From Rhodopirellula sp. (GTDB taxonomy: Bacteria; Planctomycetota; Planctomycetia; Pirellulales; Pirellulaceae), in assembly GCA_003513555.1 (NCBI GenBank), contig DOPG01000032.1, forward strand, positions 18,009-82,008: 64,000 nt of DNA. Reading direction: 5' to 3'. Of this stretch, positions 28,229-38,112 are shown piece after piece. Position numbers and translations under genes: made by a program. How positions within the stretch are numbered: the stretch's first letter is position 1; each line of letters opens with the position of its first letter. The notes beneath the pieces are model-generated. The model ran no database searches, was not told the DNA's origin, and saw only the letters and a program-made list of their open reading frames with translations.

Positions 28229-29605
28229 GTGAAAAGCCCCTCCCGAAGCGGTGTTTTCCAAGCCAGCACCGATGAACGGCTTGAAGCCTTTGCTGAGAGC
28301 ATCAGTTTCGATAGTCGCTTATATCAGCAGGATATTCGTGGTTCGATCGCGCATGCCGAGATGCTTTGTAACGTTGGTTTATTGACGGAGGAAGAATTTT
28401 CGCTTATTCGCGACACTTTGGTCGAAATTCAATCTGAAATTGACAATGACCGGCTCCCGTTTCGGTTTGAGCTGGAAGATATTCACATGCATGTTGAGCA
28501 AGCCTTGATTGACCGGATCGGTGATGTGGGACGTAAACTGCATACAGCTCGAAGCAGGAATGACCAAGTCAGCACCGATATCCGCATGTGGGTTCGCGAG
28601 GCACTCGACGGGATCGATGCACGGCTAGAAACATTGCAGCGTGCATTTTTAAGTCGATGTGACGGCGATTTCGATATCATTCTTCCGGCCTACACTCATT
28701 TGCAGCGGGCTCAACCCGTGCTGGCCCCCCACTACTGGCTCGCCTACATCGAGAAATTCCAGCGAGACCGTGAGCGGATTGCTGATTGTCGCCGCAGAGT
28801 CAATCAATGCAGTCTTGGTATTGCCGCGGTCGCCGGGACAACCCTTCCGATTGACCGTGAGCAGACAGCCCGCCAACTCGACTTTGAAGGCATCACCGCA
28901 AACAGCCTTGATACGAGCAGCGATCGCGACTTCATGCTGGAAAGTGCTTTTGTGTTGGCGACCATTGCCTCCCATCTGAGTGGCTGGGCCGAAGAATGGA
29001 TTTTGTGGAGCACTGTGGAATACAACTTCATCAAGATCCCACAACAGTTCTGTACCGGCAGCAGTATCATGCCCCAGAAAGTCAATCCAGATACACTCGA
29101 ACTGACTCGGGGCAAGTCAGCGCGTGTCATGGGCAACCTGCAGACATTGATGCTACTGGTGAAAAATCTGCCGTTGGCGTACAACCGCGATCTGCAGGAA
29201 GACAAACCACCTTTGTTTGACTCATTCGACACCGTCTTGGCGATGCTTGAATTGGCCGCGCCCATCGTTGCAGGAAGCGAACTTCAACGTGAATCCATTG
29301 AGAGTCGATTGGAACGTGGCTATCTGGATGCAACAACCCTGATGGAATGGATGATTGACAAAGGCGTTCCACAAAGACGCGCTCATCACCTTGTTGGCGC
29401 GATCGTAGGTGAGGCGATGCAACGAGATGTCGCACTGGCCGAACTGCCATTGGAGCTACTGCAGAGCCACGCGTCTGAAATTGACGGAACCGTTTTTGAT
29501 TCTCTCGGTTGCAAGAACTCCGTTGCTGCGTTTGTCAGTTATGGATCAACTGCGCCGGATCAGGTCCGACTTCAGATTGATCGCTGGAAGACGAAACTCA
29601 AGTAG
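28229..29605 (+). CDS. argH: Argininosuccinate lyase
   Basis: 458 aa with a GTG start. It has the SxxFD..L....I.GS.AHA.ML N-terminal block, TARSRNDQV, YTHLQRAQP, and the fumarate-lyase signature GSSIMPQKVNPD. Confidence 0.92.
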   Translation: MKSPSRSGVFQASTDERLEAFAESISFDSRLYQQDIRGSIAHAEMLCNVGLLTEEEFSLIRDTLVEIQSEIDNDRLPFRFELEDIHMHVEQALIDRIGDVGRKLHTARSRNDQVSTDIRMWVREALDGIDARLETLQRAFLSRCDGDFDIILPAYTHLQRAQPVLAPHYWLAYIEKFQRDRERIADCRRRVNQCSLGIAAVAGTTLPIDREQTARQLDFEGITANSLDTSSDRDFMLESAFVLATIASHLSGWAEEWILWSTVEYNFIKIPQQFCTGSSIMPQKVNPDTLELTRGKSARVMGNLQTLMLLVKNLPLAYNRDLQEDKPPLFDSFDTVLAMLELAAPIVAGSELQRESIESRLERGYLDATTLMEWMIDKGVPQRRAHHLVGAIVGEAMQRDVALAELPLELLQSHASEIDGTVFDSLGCKNSVAAFVSYGSTAPDQVRLQIDRWKTKLK

Positions 29606-29654
29606 TGGTTGCTGGATCCCCTGTGGCCTGATTGCCACAACCTAAAGTGGTGAA

Positions 29655-30002
29655 TCATCCTACAACCATTTTGTAGCACCAGAAGAAAATAGCTACGACA
29701 AGTCCAATCAAAGCAAGCGTATAGATTGTTACGACAGTTGCCCAAGCGAGACGTTCTACTGTACTGAATCCTCGATTCATCCACAGCAACGGCAACCCCA
29801 AGAACCCTGTAACAAGAAACAGGCACGCCAATACCGCAAGTTTGCTCTGAATCAGTTTTTCTGCACCACCATACCCTGGGGGTGCATTTCCAACAGAACC
29901 TTTTGCATTAGACAAAGCTGGATTGTCCAGCTCGGCTGCAGTACTTGGGGGAGCTGCTAATTGTGCCTCAATGGGCGAAGCAAAATCATCATGCTGGCTC
30001 AC
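29655..30002 (-). CDS. Small two-TM membrane protein
   Basis: 115 aa. Its GTG start overlaps the stop of the upstream kinase-like gene (GTGA). There are two hydrophobic helices (LAVLACLFLVTGFLGLPLLW and WATVVTIYTLALIGLVVAIFFW). Confidence 0.55.
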   Translation of the reverse strand: MSQHDDFASPIEAQLAAPPSTAAELDNPALSNAKGSVGNAPPGYGGAEKLIQSKLAVLACLFLVTGFLGLPLLWMNRGFSTVERLAWATVVTIYTLALIGLVVAIFFWCYKMVVG

Positions 30003-31636
30003 TCTGTTGGCTCCTGCTCTTGGATCCCGTTATCGGCAATCAGTTTCTGTGCCTTTGACACAAGGGGTGCAACATTGCCGTTGTTGCCATACAGATCGAC
30101 GATGCTGTACCAAATTTTTCGGGCTGCGATAATGTTCCCATTCTGGAGCGATTCATCAGCCTGATCAAGCTTGCCTTGAATGATTCGTGCAGCTTCACCC
30201 TGTTCCACACCATTCTCCTCGATGCTTGCGATCTGTCGGCGTGCCAGATTTACAAATGGCTTGTAGGTTTCGTTATCAGCCAGCAGAGTCTCCATGCTGC
30301 GATACCGATCCAAAGCGGTGGCCACGTCACCAAATTTTTCAAACTCGTAAGCCTCGGCGTAAAGTCGCTCACCCTCATTGGATAACGGTCGATTGATCTT
30401 TAACTTGACTTCCAAAACGTGCTCAGCCTGAAGCATCTCCACACGGTCCAGCTGCTCATTGACCCAGTCAACGTGCTCTCCATCAGGATACTTCTCGAGC
30501 ATGGGAACGAGGAAACTGACCTTGGCTTGATTCAGAGCATTCCGATTCTCACGCGCCAGCAACTCCTCTGCTCGGGCTTTCATTTGCTTCTCATTCAAGG
30601 GCCAAAGTGTGTAGGTGATCATCGAGGCAATAACGATCAGCCCAAGCACCAGAATAATCGCCCGATCGTACCACTCCGGCTTGGCGACGGTTTCATCTTC
30701 GTCAACTTCCAAGGCACCGTGCCCCAGCAGAATACGGGCTTCATCCCTTTCTTTTTGGTCGGTGACATTGAGCGGACTGAACCCATGCGAAACATGTTCA
30801 GCAACCCCAGCACGTGACATTGCCCGACGTCTCACTTCTTTCAAAGCGAGTGTTACCGCGGCAGCACTAGGTGGTCGATCTTTGGGATCTTTCTCGAGTA
30901 TCTGCATGATCAGCTTGTCAAGCCAAACGGGGCAGTCCATGACGATTGAAGCAGGACTCTGTGGTTTTTCGTAGAGAATGTTCCCTCGCACTTCCTCAAC
31001 CGAGTTCCCTGAAACGACAGCCCGACCAGTCAAAGCCGTATACAAAGTCGCCCCCAATGAATACAAGTCAGTGTGAACCGAGAACGCGTTTGCATTTTTA
31101 GCCAGCTCTGGTGACCAAAAAGTCATTTCCTGTGCCGTTACCGCTCGCTTGGTGCGGTACAACGAGTTCACTCTATCGATACGAACATCAATCAAGACAG
31201 GACTTAACCCTGCAAAGAGTACCTTTTCAGGTTGCAGTACTCCGTACACGATTTCTTTTTCGTGCAATGACTCCAACGCACCCGACAACGCTTCTGCGAG
31301 ATCCAAAACAGATTCCCACGAAAGACGCGAGCGGCGTTCCAACTCGCTGGCCAAGGTAGGCCCCTCAATGAGCTCATGAGCCAGATAGGCATCTGTTTCT
31401 TCGAAACCACCACCGTAACAGCGGACAATCGCAGGATGTTGAATTTGCTTGAGCAGGTCCCATTCAGCCGCAAATGCGGAACGCGCCTCCGGTGTACCAC
31501 CAAAAGGCGCGGGAAACACTTTGACGGCGACTGCTCTCTTCTGCTGCACATGAATCGCCCGCCATACCGAACTTTGCGACGGATGGTCACCTAGTTTCGT
31601 TTCTATCGCGAGTGGTCCAAGTCGGCTCCGAGGCAT
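29999..31636 (-). CDS. Kinase-fold protein lacking the catalytic motifs (predicted pseudokinase) with one TM helix and a TPR-like C-terminal region
   Basis: 545 aa. The fold-defining blocks align to Hanks kinases (AVAVKVF, HPAIVRCYGGG, LAHELIEGPTL, LYSLGATLY, ILEKDPKDRP). However, HRDLKPxN is replaced by VYGVLQPEK, DFG by DVR, and the Gly-rich loop is absent. A TM helix (AIILVLGLIVIASMITYTLW) is followed by helical repeats. Confidence 0.8.
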   Translation of the reverse strand: MPRSRLGPLAIETKLGDHPSQSSVWRAIHVQQKRAVAVKVFPAPFGGTPEARSAFAAEWDLLKQIQHPAIVRCYGGGFEETDAYLAHELIEGPTLASELERRSRLSWESVLDLAEALSGALESLHEKEIVYGVLQPEKVLFAGLSPVLIDVRIDRVNSLYRTKRAVTAQEMTFWSPELAKNANAFSVHTDLYSLGATLYTALTGRAVVSGNSVEEVRGNILYEKPQSPASIVMDCPVWLDKLIMQILEKDPKDRPPSAAAVTLALKEVRRRAMSRAGVAEHVSHGFSPLNVTDQKERDEARILLGHGALEVDEDETVAKPEWYDRAIILVLGLIVIASMITYTLWPLNEKQMKARAEELLARENRNALNQAKVSFLVPMLEKYPDGEHVDWVNEQLDRVEMLQAEHVLEVKLKINRPLSNEGERLYAEAYEFEKFGDVATALDRYRSMETLLADNETYKPFVNLARRQIASIEENGVEQGEAARIIQGKLDQADESLQNGNIIAARKIWYSIVDLYGNNGNVAPLVSKAQKLIADNGIQEQEPTE

Positions 31637-31865
31637 TGAAAAGGACCGCGGTTCAGAGGGTCAAGAAGGTAAGTAAAACAAATCTTGTATCGTACAGCAT
31701 ACCTCGCCCAGTATACTCAGCCGACCGACCCCAACGCACCATGACGAGCAGTGAAAGTGTCCACATCCCCATGAAACATCGGAAGTGTCTTGGATGGATG
31801 AAAAAGTCTCATTTACAGGTGGTTGCCACTGGAGGGTGGGTGATCTCGTTCGCTGCAAATCCTTA

Positions 31866-32417
31866 TCACTGCATATCTTCCGATCGCCGGGACGCTTGCA
31901 TCTGATCCTCCAAATGAGCGAAGAACAGCGCTTTATCCGACTCATAAGCCGACAGTTCACCCTCACCGCTTCGCCATCGAGCGACTTTGGCTTCCTCAAA
32001 ACGGATCGCCGTTTCCTTCTGCTCCCGTAACCAATCCCGCATACGGATCATCCTCAACCAGCAATCAGAGCCGTAAATCACAAGCCAAACACAGTGTGTT
32101 GGATCCGGCTGAGCATTTGAGAGATGACGTGGTTTCCCGAGTACGATCGTTTCGGTGGACCAGTCAGGTGAGTCATTGATTCTAAAATTCAGCCCCTCGA
32201 TCAACTGGGCTGCTGTCTTCAAGGCAGCCTCATTTTCCACCGCAGCAAGCACGTCAATGGTGGGTCGGGCAATCAATCCCGAGATGGCGGTGCTACCCAC
32301 ATGCTCAACAGCGGTAACCCAACCATTACAACTTTGCAGGATACTGCTTTTTGTTTGTTGAAATTCCTGCCGCCAACGCGGGTCATAGTGCATTAGGCGT
32401 ACTTGTTTCTCTTCCAT
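31866..32417 (-). CDS. GrpB-family (UPF0157) protein
   Basis: 183 aa. It has YDPRWRQEF......I........V.AVEHVGSTAI.GL.A.P.IDVL, the canonical GrpB N-terminal half. Confidence 0.8.
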   Translation of the reverse strand: MEEKQVRLMHYDPRWRQEFQQTKSSILQSCNGWVTAVEHVGSTAISGLIARPTIDVLAAVENEAALKTAAQLIEGLNFRINDSPDWSTETIVLGKPRHLSNAQPDPTHCVWLVIYGSDCWLRMIRMRDWLREQKETAIRFEEAKVARWRSGEGELSAYESDKALFFAHLEDQMQASRRSEDMQ

Positions 32418-32776
32418 TCAAATCGTATTTCGCGAGTGCTGATGGCTAGGCATCCACATGAGAGATGCATCTTTTTACGCTGCATTGTGTCAACCTCGTC
32501 AAGTCGCCGGGGAATTAGCGGCCTGAACTGTGAGGTCCCAGGTTCCCAAACCGAGAACATTGGGAATCAAAGTACCCGCGTGGAATCCACCGAATGCACC
32601 AATAGAGCGCAAAAACCGGTACATCAGCACAAAAACCAGCTAAAATGGTGCCCAACCGGAGAGCTTCCCGGCAGGAACAAATTCGGGTGCCATCGAAACA
32701 CAAATTCCGTCACACTCTTGTGTCCAGCGCAACTGAATGCGGGCCTTCGTACCCTCGATCGGATAACCACTAAATC

Positions 32777-34663
32777 ATGACTCGGCTGCTAAAAGGCCTT
32801 TTTGCATCGATGAGTCTGGAGCGGAAATGTCTGCTCTTTTTTGGTTCAGCGTTGATGGTTCTCATGCTTGGCGCTTTTGCGGTCGTCGAGAAACTGGGAC
32901 GTGAACTCGTTCTCAACACGACCCGACAACGCGCAAAAGACTTTGCCGCTATCCAACTCTTACTGCTTCATGATGATGCAGTGTGGTCCAAGAATCAGCG
33001 TGAAACGGTCACCACAGGATCCGATCCTGACCTTGAACAGGTTGATCCGAAAACCGTTCTCAGTGATCTTCGAAAGGTCATCATCGGTGCCCATGTCACC
33101 GGCGACAGCTTTGGTAAGGACGAAAATGACCAAGCATCGGATAGCAAGCACGAATTCCTATCTCTCAGTGATTCACGGCAGTACTCCAAACTGCCAACTC
33201 GGGAAACACCTGATGATCCAATGGAAACGGCCATTCTGGAGCAACTCAGACGCGATTCAGTGACGTTCTACGCGAACTCACTACGTGAACAACGGCCTGA
33301 CCTCACCGAACCGATTGAGTTTGCCGAAAATGAAGCATTGAGCCAGATCACACCCAATCTGGAACAACCACTGTTCGACGAGTATGAAACGGACGATGGC
33401 AATTGCGTCTACTACATACCTGTCTTTTTCAAACAGAGTTGCCTGCTGTGTCACATGGCCAAGGGCAGCGAGACGACGTTTGATCCAAACGCGCCTCCCG
33501 AAACACGAGCATCTCAGATTCCCTTCCGTGTGCATAAAGTGACCATGCCCTACGAGAGCACAAGGGAATCAACCACATTCATTAGAGCCATCGTCGTCGC
33601 GTTGGGAATGCTGATTGTCGCCGTCACACTGTTTGTGCTGCACACCATTGTGCGTCATTTGGTCCTGTATCCGATGTACCACCTGCGTGACGTCAGTGAT
33701 GCCATTACTCATGGAGACACCAACCAAAGAGCAACGATTGAAACAGAAGACGAATTCCGTGAGTTAGCCGATGCATTCAATCGAATGCTGCGTCACCTTA
33801 CCGAAACCCAGGATCAAATTCAGGAAGTCAACACGGAACTCGATACCCGTGTCGATCAGCTCGCCCAACTGAACCTGCAACTCTACGAAGCCAATCGGTT
33901 GAAAAGTGACTTTCTTGCCAATATGAGTCACGAGCTACGGACGCCACTCAACAGTATCATTGGATTTTCGGAGGTGTTACAGGGAATCGATTCGTTAAAC
34001 GACAAGCAGCGAAGATATGCATCCAACATTCGAAAGAGTGGCCGACTACTTCTTGAAATGATTAATGACATCCTCGATTTAGCAAAAGTCGAAGCTGGCA
34101 AAATGGAGGTGAAGTCAAGCGAATTTGAACTCGGCCGTCTCGTGTCCGCGCAATGTGACATGATTCAGTCCTTATCTGAAGATAAGAACATCTCGCTGTC
34201 TGTTGATGTTCCGGACAACCTGCCAAAGGCGCATCAAGATCCAAATAAACTCGGTCAGATCCTCAATAATCTGCTGAGCAATGCGATTAAATTCACCCCG
34301 GAAGGCGGCATGATCAAGGTCACGGTGAGCGATGTTGATCATGGCCGGTTTAAACTTCTTGTCAGTGATACTGGCGTTGGAATTGCCGGTGAGGATCAGT
34401 CCATTATCTTTCAAAAATTCCGACAAAGCCGCAAAGTGTTGGATGGCGAGGGACTGACGAGAGAATTCGCTGGCACTGGACTTGGACTGTCGATCGTCAA
34501 AGAACTGGCGAAACTTCTTGGTGGCGAAGTCGACTTCGAAAGTGAACTCGGACGCGGTAGTTCATTCTGGGTCACGCTCCCTTGGCATCTCCCCGCAAGA
34601 GAACTTCTGCACGTCGGACCCAACCTGACGGCCCCTGACGACACCCCCGCGATGACGACCTGA
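32777..34663 (+). CDS. Sensor histidine kinase with an extracytoplasmic CxxCH (heme-c, Tll0287/DUF3365-like) sensor, a HAMP domain, and HisKA plus HATPase domains
   Basis: 628 aa. It has TM1 (LLFFGSALMVLMLGAFAVV), the sensor motif ...YYIPVFFKQSCLLCH (CxxCH at nt 33440-33454), TM2 (IVVALGMLIVAVTLFVLHTIV), a HAMP domain, the H-box SHELRTPLNSIIGFSEVL, the N-box LLSNAIKFTP, and the G-boxes DTGVGI / GTGLGLSIV. Confidence 0.9.
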   Translation: MTRLLKGLFASMSLERKCLLFFGSALMVLMLGAFAVVEKLGRELVLNTTRQRAKDFAAIQLLLLHDDAVWSKNQRETVTTGSDPDLEQVDPKTVLSDLRKVIIGAHVTGDSFGKDENDQASDSKHEFLSLSDSRQYSKLPTRETPDDPMETAILEQLRRDSVTFYANSLREQRPDLTEPIEFAENEALSQITPNLEQPLFDEYETDDGNCVYYIPVFFKQSCLLCHMAKGSETTFDPNAPPETRASQIPFRVHKVTMPYESTRESTTFIRAIVVALGMLIVAVTLFVLHTIVRHLVLYPMYHLRDVSDAITHGDTNQRATIETEDEFRELADAFNRMLRHLTETQDQIQEVNTELDTRVDQLAQLNLQLYEANRLKSDFLANMSHELRTPLNSIIGFSEVLQGIDSLNDKQRRYASNIRKSGRLLLEMINDILDLAKVEAGKMEVKSSEFELGRLVSAQCDMIQSLSEDKNISLSVDVPDNLPKAHQDPNKLGQILNNLLSNAIKFTPEGGMIKVTVSDVDHGRFKLLVSDTGVGIAGEDQSIIFQKFRQSRKVLDGEGLTREFAGTGLGLSIVKELAKLLGGEVDFESELGRGSSFWVTLPWHLPARELLHVGPNLTAPDDTPAMTT

Positions 34664-34815
34664 CCCTGCAAAACCGGCGAGTGGAGAATTTTCTTCCCAT
34701 TCAGAAAATGCTAATTGCAGTTTCCTTCTGCAATCACCGTCACCATCATTTCAGTCATCGACCATCATCAGATTCTTTGAATAGCCGCCATCCGCTGGCA
34801 CTGATTCAACACGGA

Positions 34816-36468
34816 CTATTCCAATCCAAGCACGTCTGGCCCTTGTCGAAAAATCACATCCACTGGGATTCCTTTTTCAGTCAGCAAGTCGAGTTCAGCT
34901 TGCAATTGTGGCCCGATCACTCCTTTCGTCTTCACCAGTTCAGACGCTCCCGCATAATCACCATTGCCCTGCAATTGCAACAACAAAGATGACAACTTTC
35001 TGGTAGCCTGCCGAAAACGATCAACATTAACACGGTACCGACCATTGGGTAGACGTTCAAAAGCACCTTCATCACGGAAAAAATTGAAACGAATCATATT
35101 GGCTTTGCCGTGGGCACTAGAAGCGCCAAAACGTACGCTTCGAAAAATACCTGCCATGAAGGTCACATAGTAATCCTTCAGGTCGGTTTTCAGCTCTCCA
35201 CGCTCGTGAAGTTGATTGATCATGTGCAGACCGAGAATATCAGCTTTCCCTTCCTCAATTGCTCCAGCATGCTCTTTCAAAACAGTACGCACGGAACCAC
35301 GTCCATCAATCGTATTCTTGATGCCAAGACCGTGTGCCACCTCATGGAACATCGTATTGCTGAAAAATGCATCGAAAGTGACATGCTCGCGTTGATTCTC
35401 TGCAATCAGCTCATCTGCAATGGGAACGAGAATTTTATCGAACTTGGCACGCATCGCATTTTTCAATTGCAAGCGTCGAGTTCCTTTCTGCAACTGAACC
35501 TGCTCATCATTTGGTAGATTGATCGCAATTGTTTTTGATCCAGCATTGCAATCACCCGCATAGTAGATCACGTCATAAGCATTGAGTTCAGTATCGGTCC
35601 CCGGCTCTTCCTGCTTGTACTTCTCAGGTACGGGCAGGGTTGCCTGAAGATCGGGCAGGAACTTGGAATACTTTGCTAATCGGGCACTCCATGCCTTGTC
35701 CTTGATCAACACAAAACATTCGTGTGCCGTCTTATATCCGTACAACTTATCTTCGTAATTTTCGATCGGACCAATTACAACATCAATGACATTGTCATGC
35801 ATGTCCAACCAGGCAAGATCACTCGGTTGGTAGTCGTCAGTCAACAATGCATCTGCACGAAGCAGCAAGTAACGTTGCAGTCCGGGATCTTCTGCTAACG
35901 CAGCCGCTTTACGCAGCAGATCAGCGGCACGCCGCATTGGCTGTTGGAATTGTTCGCGATAAGGAACAACCTTCAACTTGCCGGAATCGTCGCGACGCAA
36001 AAAGGTATACAAGCTGTCTTTGCCGCTCAGGTCAGCCGCCTCGAACTCAGCCTTGGTCATATCAGCAGGGTAATAATTAGCACCCTTTGGCTTCGTGCCC
36101 ACACCCTCAACAAAAGGGGCGTTACCATCAAGCCGATCCCACGGACCGTAATTGATCTCGACAAATCTCCGAATCTTGGCTTGCTTCAGCGATTCCAAGA
36201 ATTTCTTCCTTGGTCCATAAGCTTCATACCAAAAACAATTGTCCATGATCTTGCCCGCTTCCATCAAGAAAGGAAGCATCTGCCGCTGCTTGTCGGTCAA
36301 CTGGCTGAGGTCAGTGGTCAGATCTACCACAGCGTATTGATCGATTGCCTTCGCAACATCAACGGCTTGCTGACCAAAAACAACGGGCTGCGCAGGAACG
36401 CCGAGAAGAAATCCCAAAGAACATCCCAGAACAAGGAGCTTTGCAACACGAATCTGCATATTTTTCAT
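34816..36468 (-). CDS. Secreted Zn-metallohydrolase of the DPP III-like (M49-related) family
   Basis: The ORF is open to 36660, but the ATG at 36468 gives a signal peptide (MKNMQIRVAKLLVLGCSLGFLLGVPAQP). It has an HExxH motif (MFHEVAHGLG) plus a downstream EEGKADILG, resembling the HExxxH/EExxAE arrangement of DPP3-family hydrolases. Confidence 0.7.
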   Translation of the reverse strand: MKNMQIRVAKLLVLGCSLGFLLGVPAQPVVFGQQAVDVAKAIDQYAVVDLTTDLSQLTDKQRQMLPFLMEAGKIMDNCFWYEAYGPRKKFLESLKQAKIRRFVEINYGPWDRLDGNAPFVEGVGTKPKGANYYPADMTKAEFEAADLSGKDSLYTFLRRDDSGKLKVVPYREQFQQPMRRAADLLRKAAALAEDPGLQRYLLLRADALLTDDYQPSDLAWLDMHDNVIDVVIGPIENYEDKLYGYKTAHECFVLIKDKAWSARLAKYSKFLPDLQATLPVPEKYKQEEPGTDTELNAYDVIYYAGDCNAGSKTIAINLPNDEQVQLQKGTRRLQLKNAMRAKFDKILVPIADELIAENQREHVTFDAFFSNTMFHEVAHGLGIKNTIDGRGSVRTVLKEHAGAIEEGKADILGLHMINQLHERGELKTDLKDYYVTFMAGIFRSVRFGASSAHGKANMIRFNFFRDEGAFERLPNGRYRVNVDRFRQATRKLSSLLLQLQGNGDYAGASELVKTKGVIGPQLQAELDLLTEKGIPVDVIFRQGPDVLGLE

Positions 36469-36810
36469 CTTCACTAATGGTTTTAGAAACAACTCCCACC
36501 GCTGGGCTTGGCACAACAGTTCAAACTCCACAGCATGTCGACGTGGCGTACCGCTTTCTCGCACACAGATCTTACCCGATGCTCCCAGGTTATTCACGTT
36601 GCCTAAAAAGAAGGTGTGAGATTGGCTACGCAGATGTAGCAAAACTGAACACGTGTGCAATCGTGAGCCAACGCTTGCGTGTCCCTTTCATTTCAACAGC
36701 ATTCGTTTACATCACAAATTACGCTTTCTAAAAAGAACAGCCGTTTTGGCACGCTGGCTGCTCTCCATTCCTACATCTCGTCTTTGAAAACTTGTCATAG
36801 GAATTTACAC

Positions 36811-37689
36811 ATGAGACACACGACCAAACTCGTCCCAATGCTTCTCGTAGCATTTGGATGCATTGGCTCACAACAAACCACAGCACAAGAAAACAGGATC
36901 GACCTGTTTACGGCCATGGAACAAGGTGATGTGTCGGTAAGATTCATTGCGCTCAACGCAACCCAAGCCAACGTTTTGATCACTAACGATTCAGAAAGAC
37001 CCCTGGAACTAAAACTACCGAAGGCAATCGCTGCCGTACCCGTACTCAGACAGTTCGGTCAAAATCCAAATCAGGGTCGAAATCCCGGTGGCGGCGGAAA
37101 TCAAGGTGTTGGTGGCGGATTCAATTTGGGTAATGGACAGGGTCTTGGAAACGGCCAAGATTTTGGGAATCAACAGGGCTTCGGAAATCAACAGGGTTTT
37201 GGCAGGGGCATTATGCGTATTGCACCTGGCAAAGTCCACAAACTGAAGGCCAAAACAGTGTGCCTTGAACACGGAAAACCGGATCCGAAACCACGAGTCG
37301 CCTATCGCATGATTCCACTGGAAACATTCACAACTGACCCGATTATCACTCAGGTATGTCAGCAACTCGGCAACGGTCAAATCCCGTCAAATGCTGCCCA
37401 GGCAATCGTATGGCATCACGGTAATAGCGTGCCGTGGACGTTACTTGCTGATCTTGATCGCGTGCAATCCGTGTATCGCGGCAACATCAAATTCTTCAGT
37501 CGTGAAGACCTAGACACCGCGAAGTCTTTTTATTCGTCTTCTTTGAAGAACAATTATCCTGAGCACCCCTCTTCGTTGCTCACGGAAAGAGTTTCTGCCT
37601 CAACTGCGGGGCTTGCATGGTCCATTTCAAACATCGATCAAAGCTGCTACAGCAATAATCGCTCAGGACATCGATCAACCTGCAGGTAA
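36811..37689 (+). CDS. Secreted hypothetical protein with a Gly/Asn/Gln-rich insert (planctomycete-typical family of unknown function)
   Basis: The ATG at 36811 gives a signal peptide (MRHTTKLVPMLLVAFGCIGS). It has the conserved-looking blocks VSVRFIALNATQANVLITNDSERPLELKLP, a ~50-aa GQNPNQGRNPGGGGNQG...GNQQGFGNQQGFG tract, and then KAKTVCLEHGKPDPKPRVAYRMIPLE. Confidence 0.65.
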   Translation: MRHTTKLVPMLLVAFGCIGSQQTTAQENRIDLFTAMEQGDVSVRFIALNATQANVLITNDSERPLELKLPKAIAAVPVLRQFGQNPNQGRNPGGGGNQGVGGGFNLGNGQGLGNGQDFGNQQGFGNQQGFGRGIMRIAPGKVHKLKAKTVCLEHGKPDPKPRVAYRMIPLETFTTDPIITQVCQQLGNGQIPSNAAQAIVWHHGNSVPWTLLADLDRVQSVYRGNIKFFSREDLDTAKSFYSSSLKNNYPEHPSSLLTERVSASTAGLAWSISNIDQSCYSNNRSGHRSTCR

Positions 37690-38112
37690 CTGAATCGCAA
37701 GGCATAAAGCTCGACACTCTGCTCAATCTGTTCCCTCAAGGAATTCCCACTGCCGTGTTCAGGGTTAGCTCTGGTACAGAGCAGAATGAGCAAAAGAAAC
37801 ACTCACAGCCAACAATCAAATTTCAACCGCATATCTGCCCTCTGGCGACTCCCATGCACAATGACAGACTACTTCAGCATTGAGGCTGAAGGGTCTCCAG
37901 CAACGGTTACACTGTGAGCGTAGTTTCCAACGAAGCGTATTTTCCAACGATCAGTGGTTGATACCAAACCACTTGCGTCATGGCGACTTTCGAATGTAAT
38001 CACCCGACGAAGAACATCGCCAAAGCCACTTTTTTAGTTCACGGGAAAGAGACAAAGATAGGGTATGCTATGCTCGCGGCTTTGACTCAAATACTCGGAA
38101 TTATGCGACACC

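Noticed and set aside
36469-36660. N-terminal extensions of several ORF-track entries (36469..36660, 36679..36810, 61451..61525, 61682..61861, 14164..14325, 22426..22470, 40420..40488, 54990..55022, 49179..49250)
   Set aside because: In each case an internal ATG immediately precedes a canonical signal peptide or the family-typical N-terminus. The extensions are probably non-coding, although this is unverified without start-site data.
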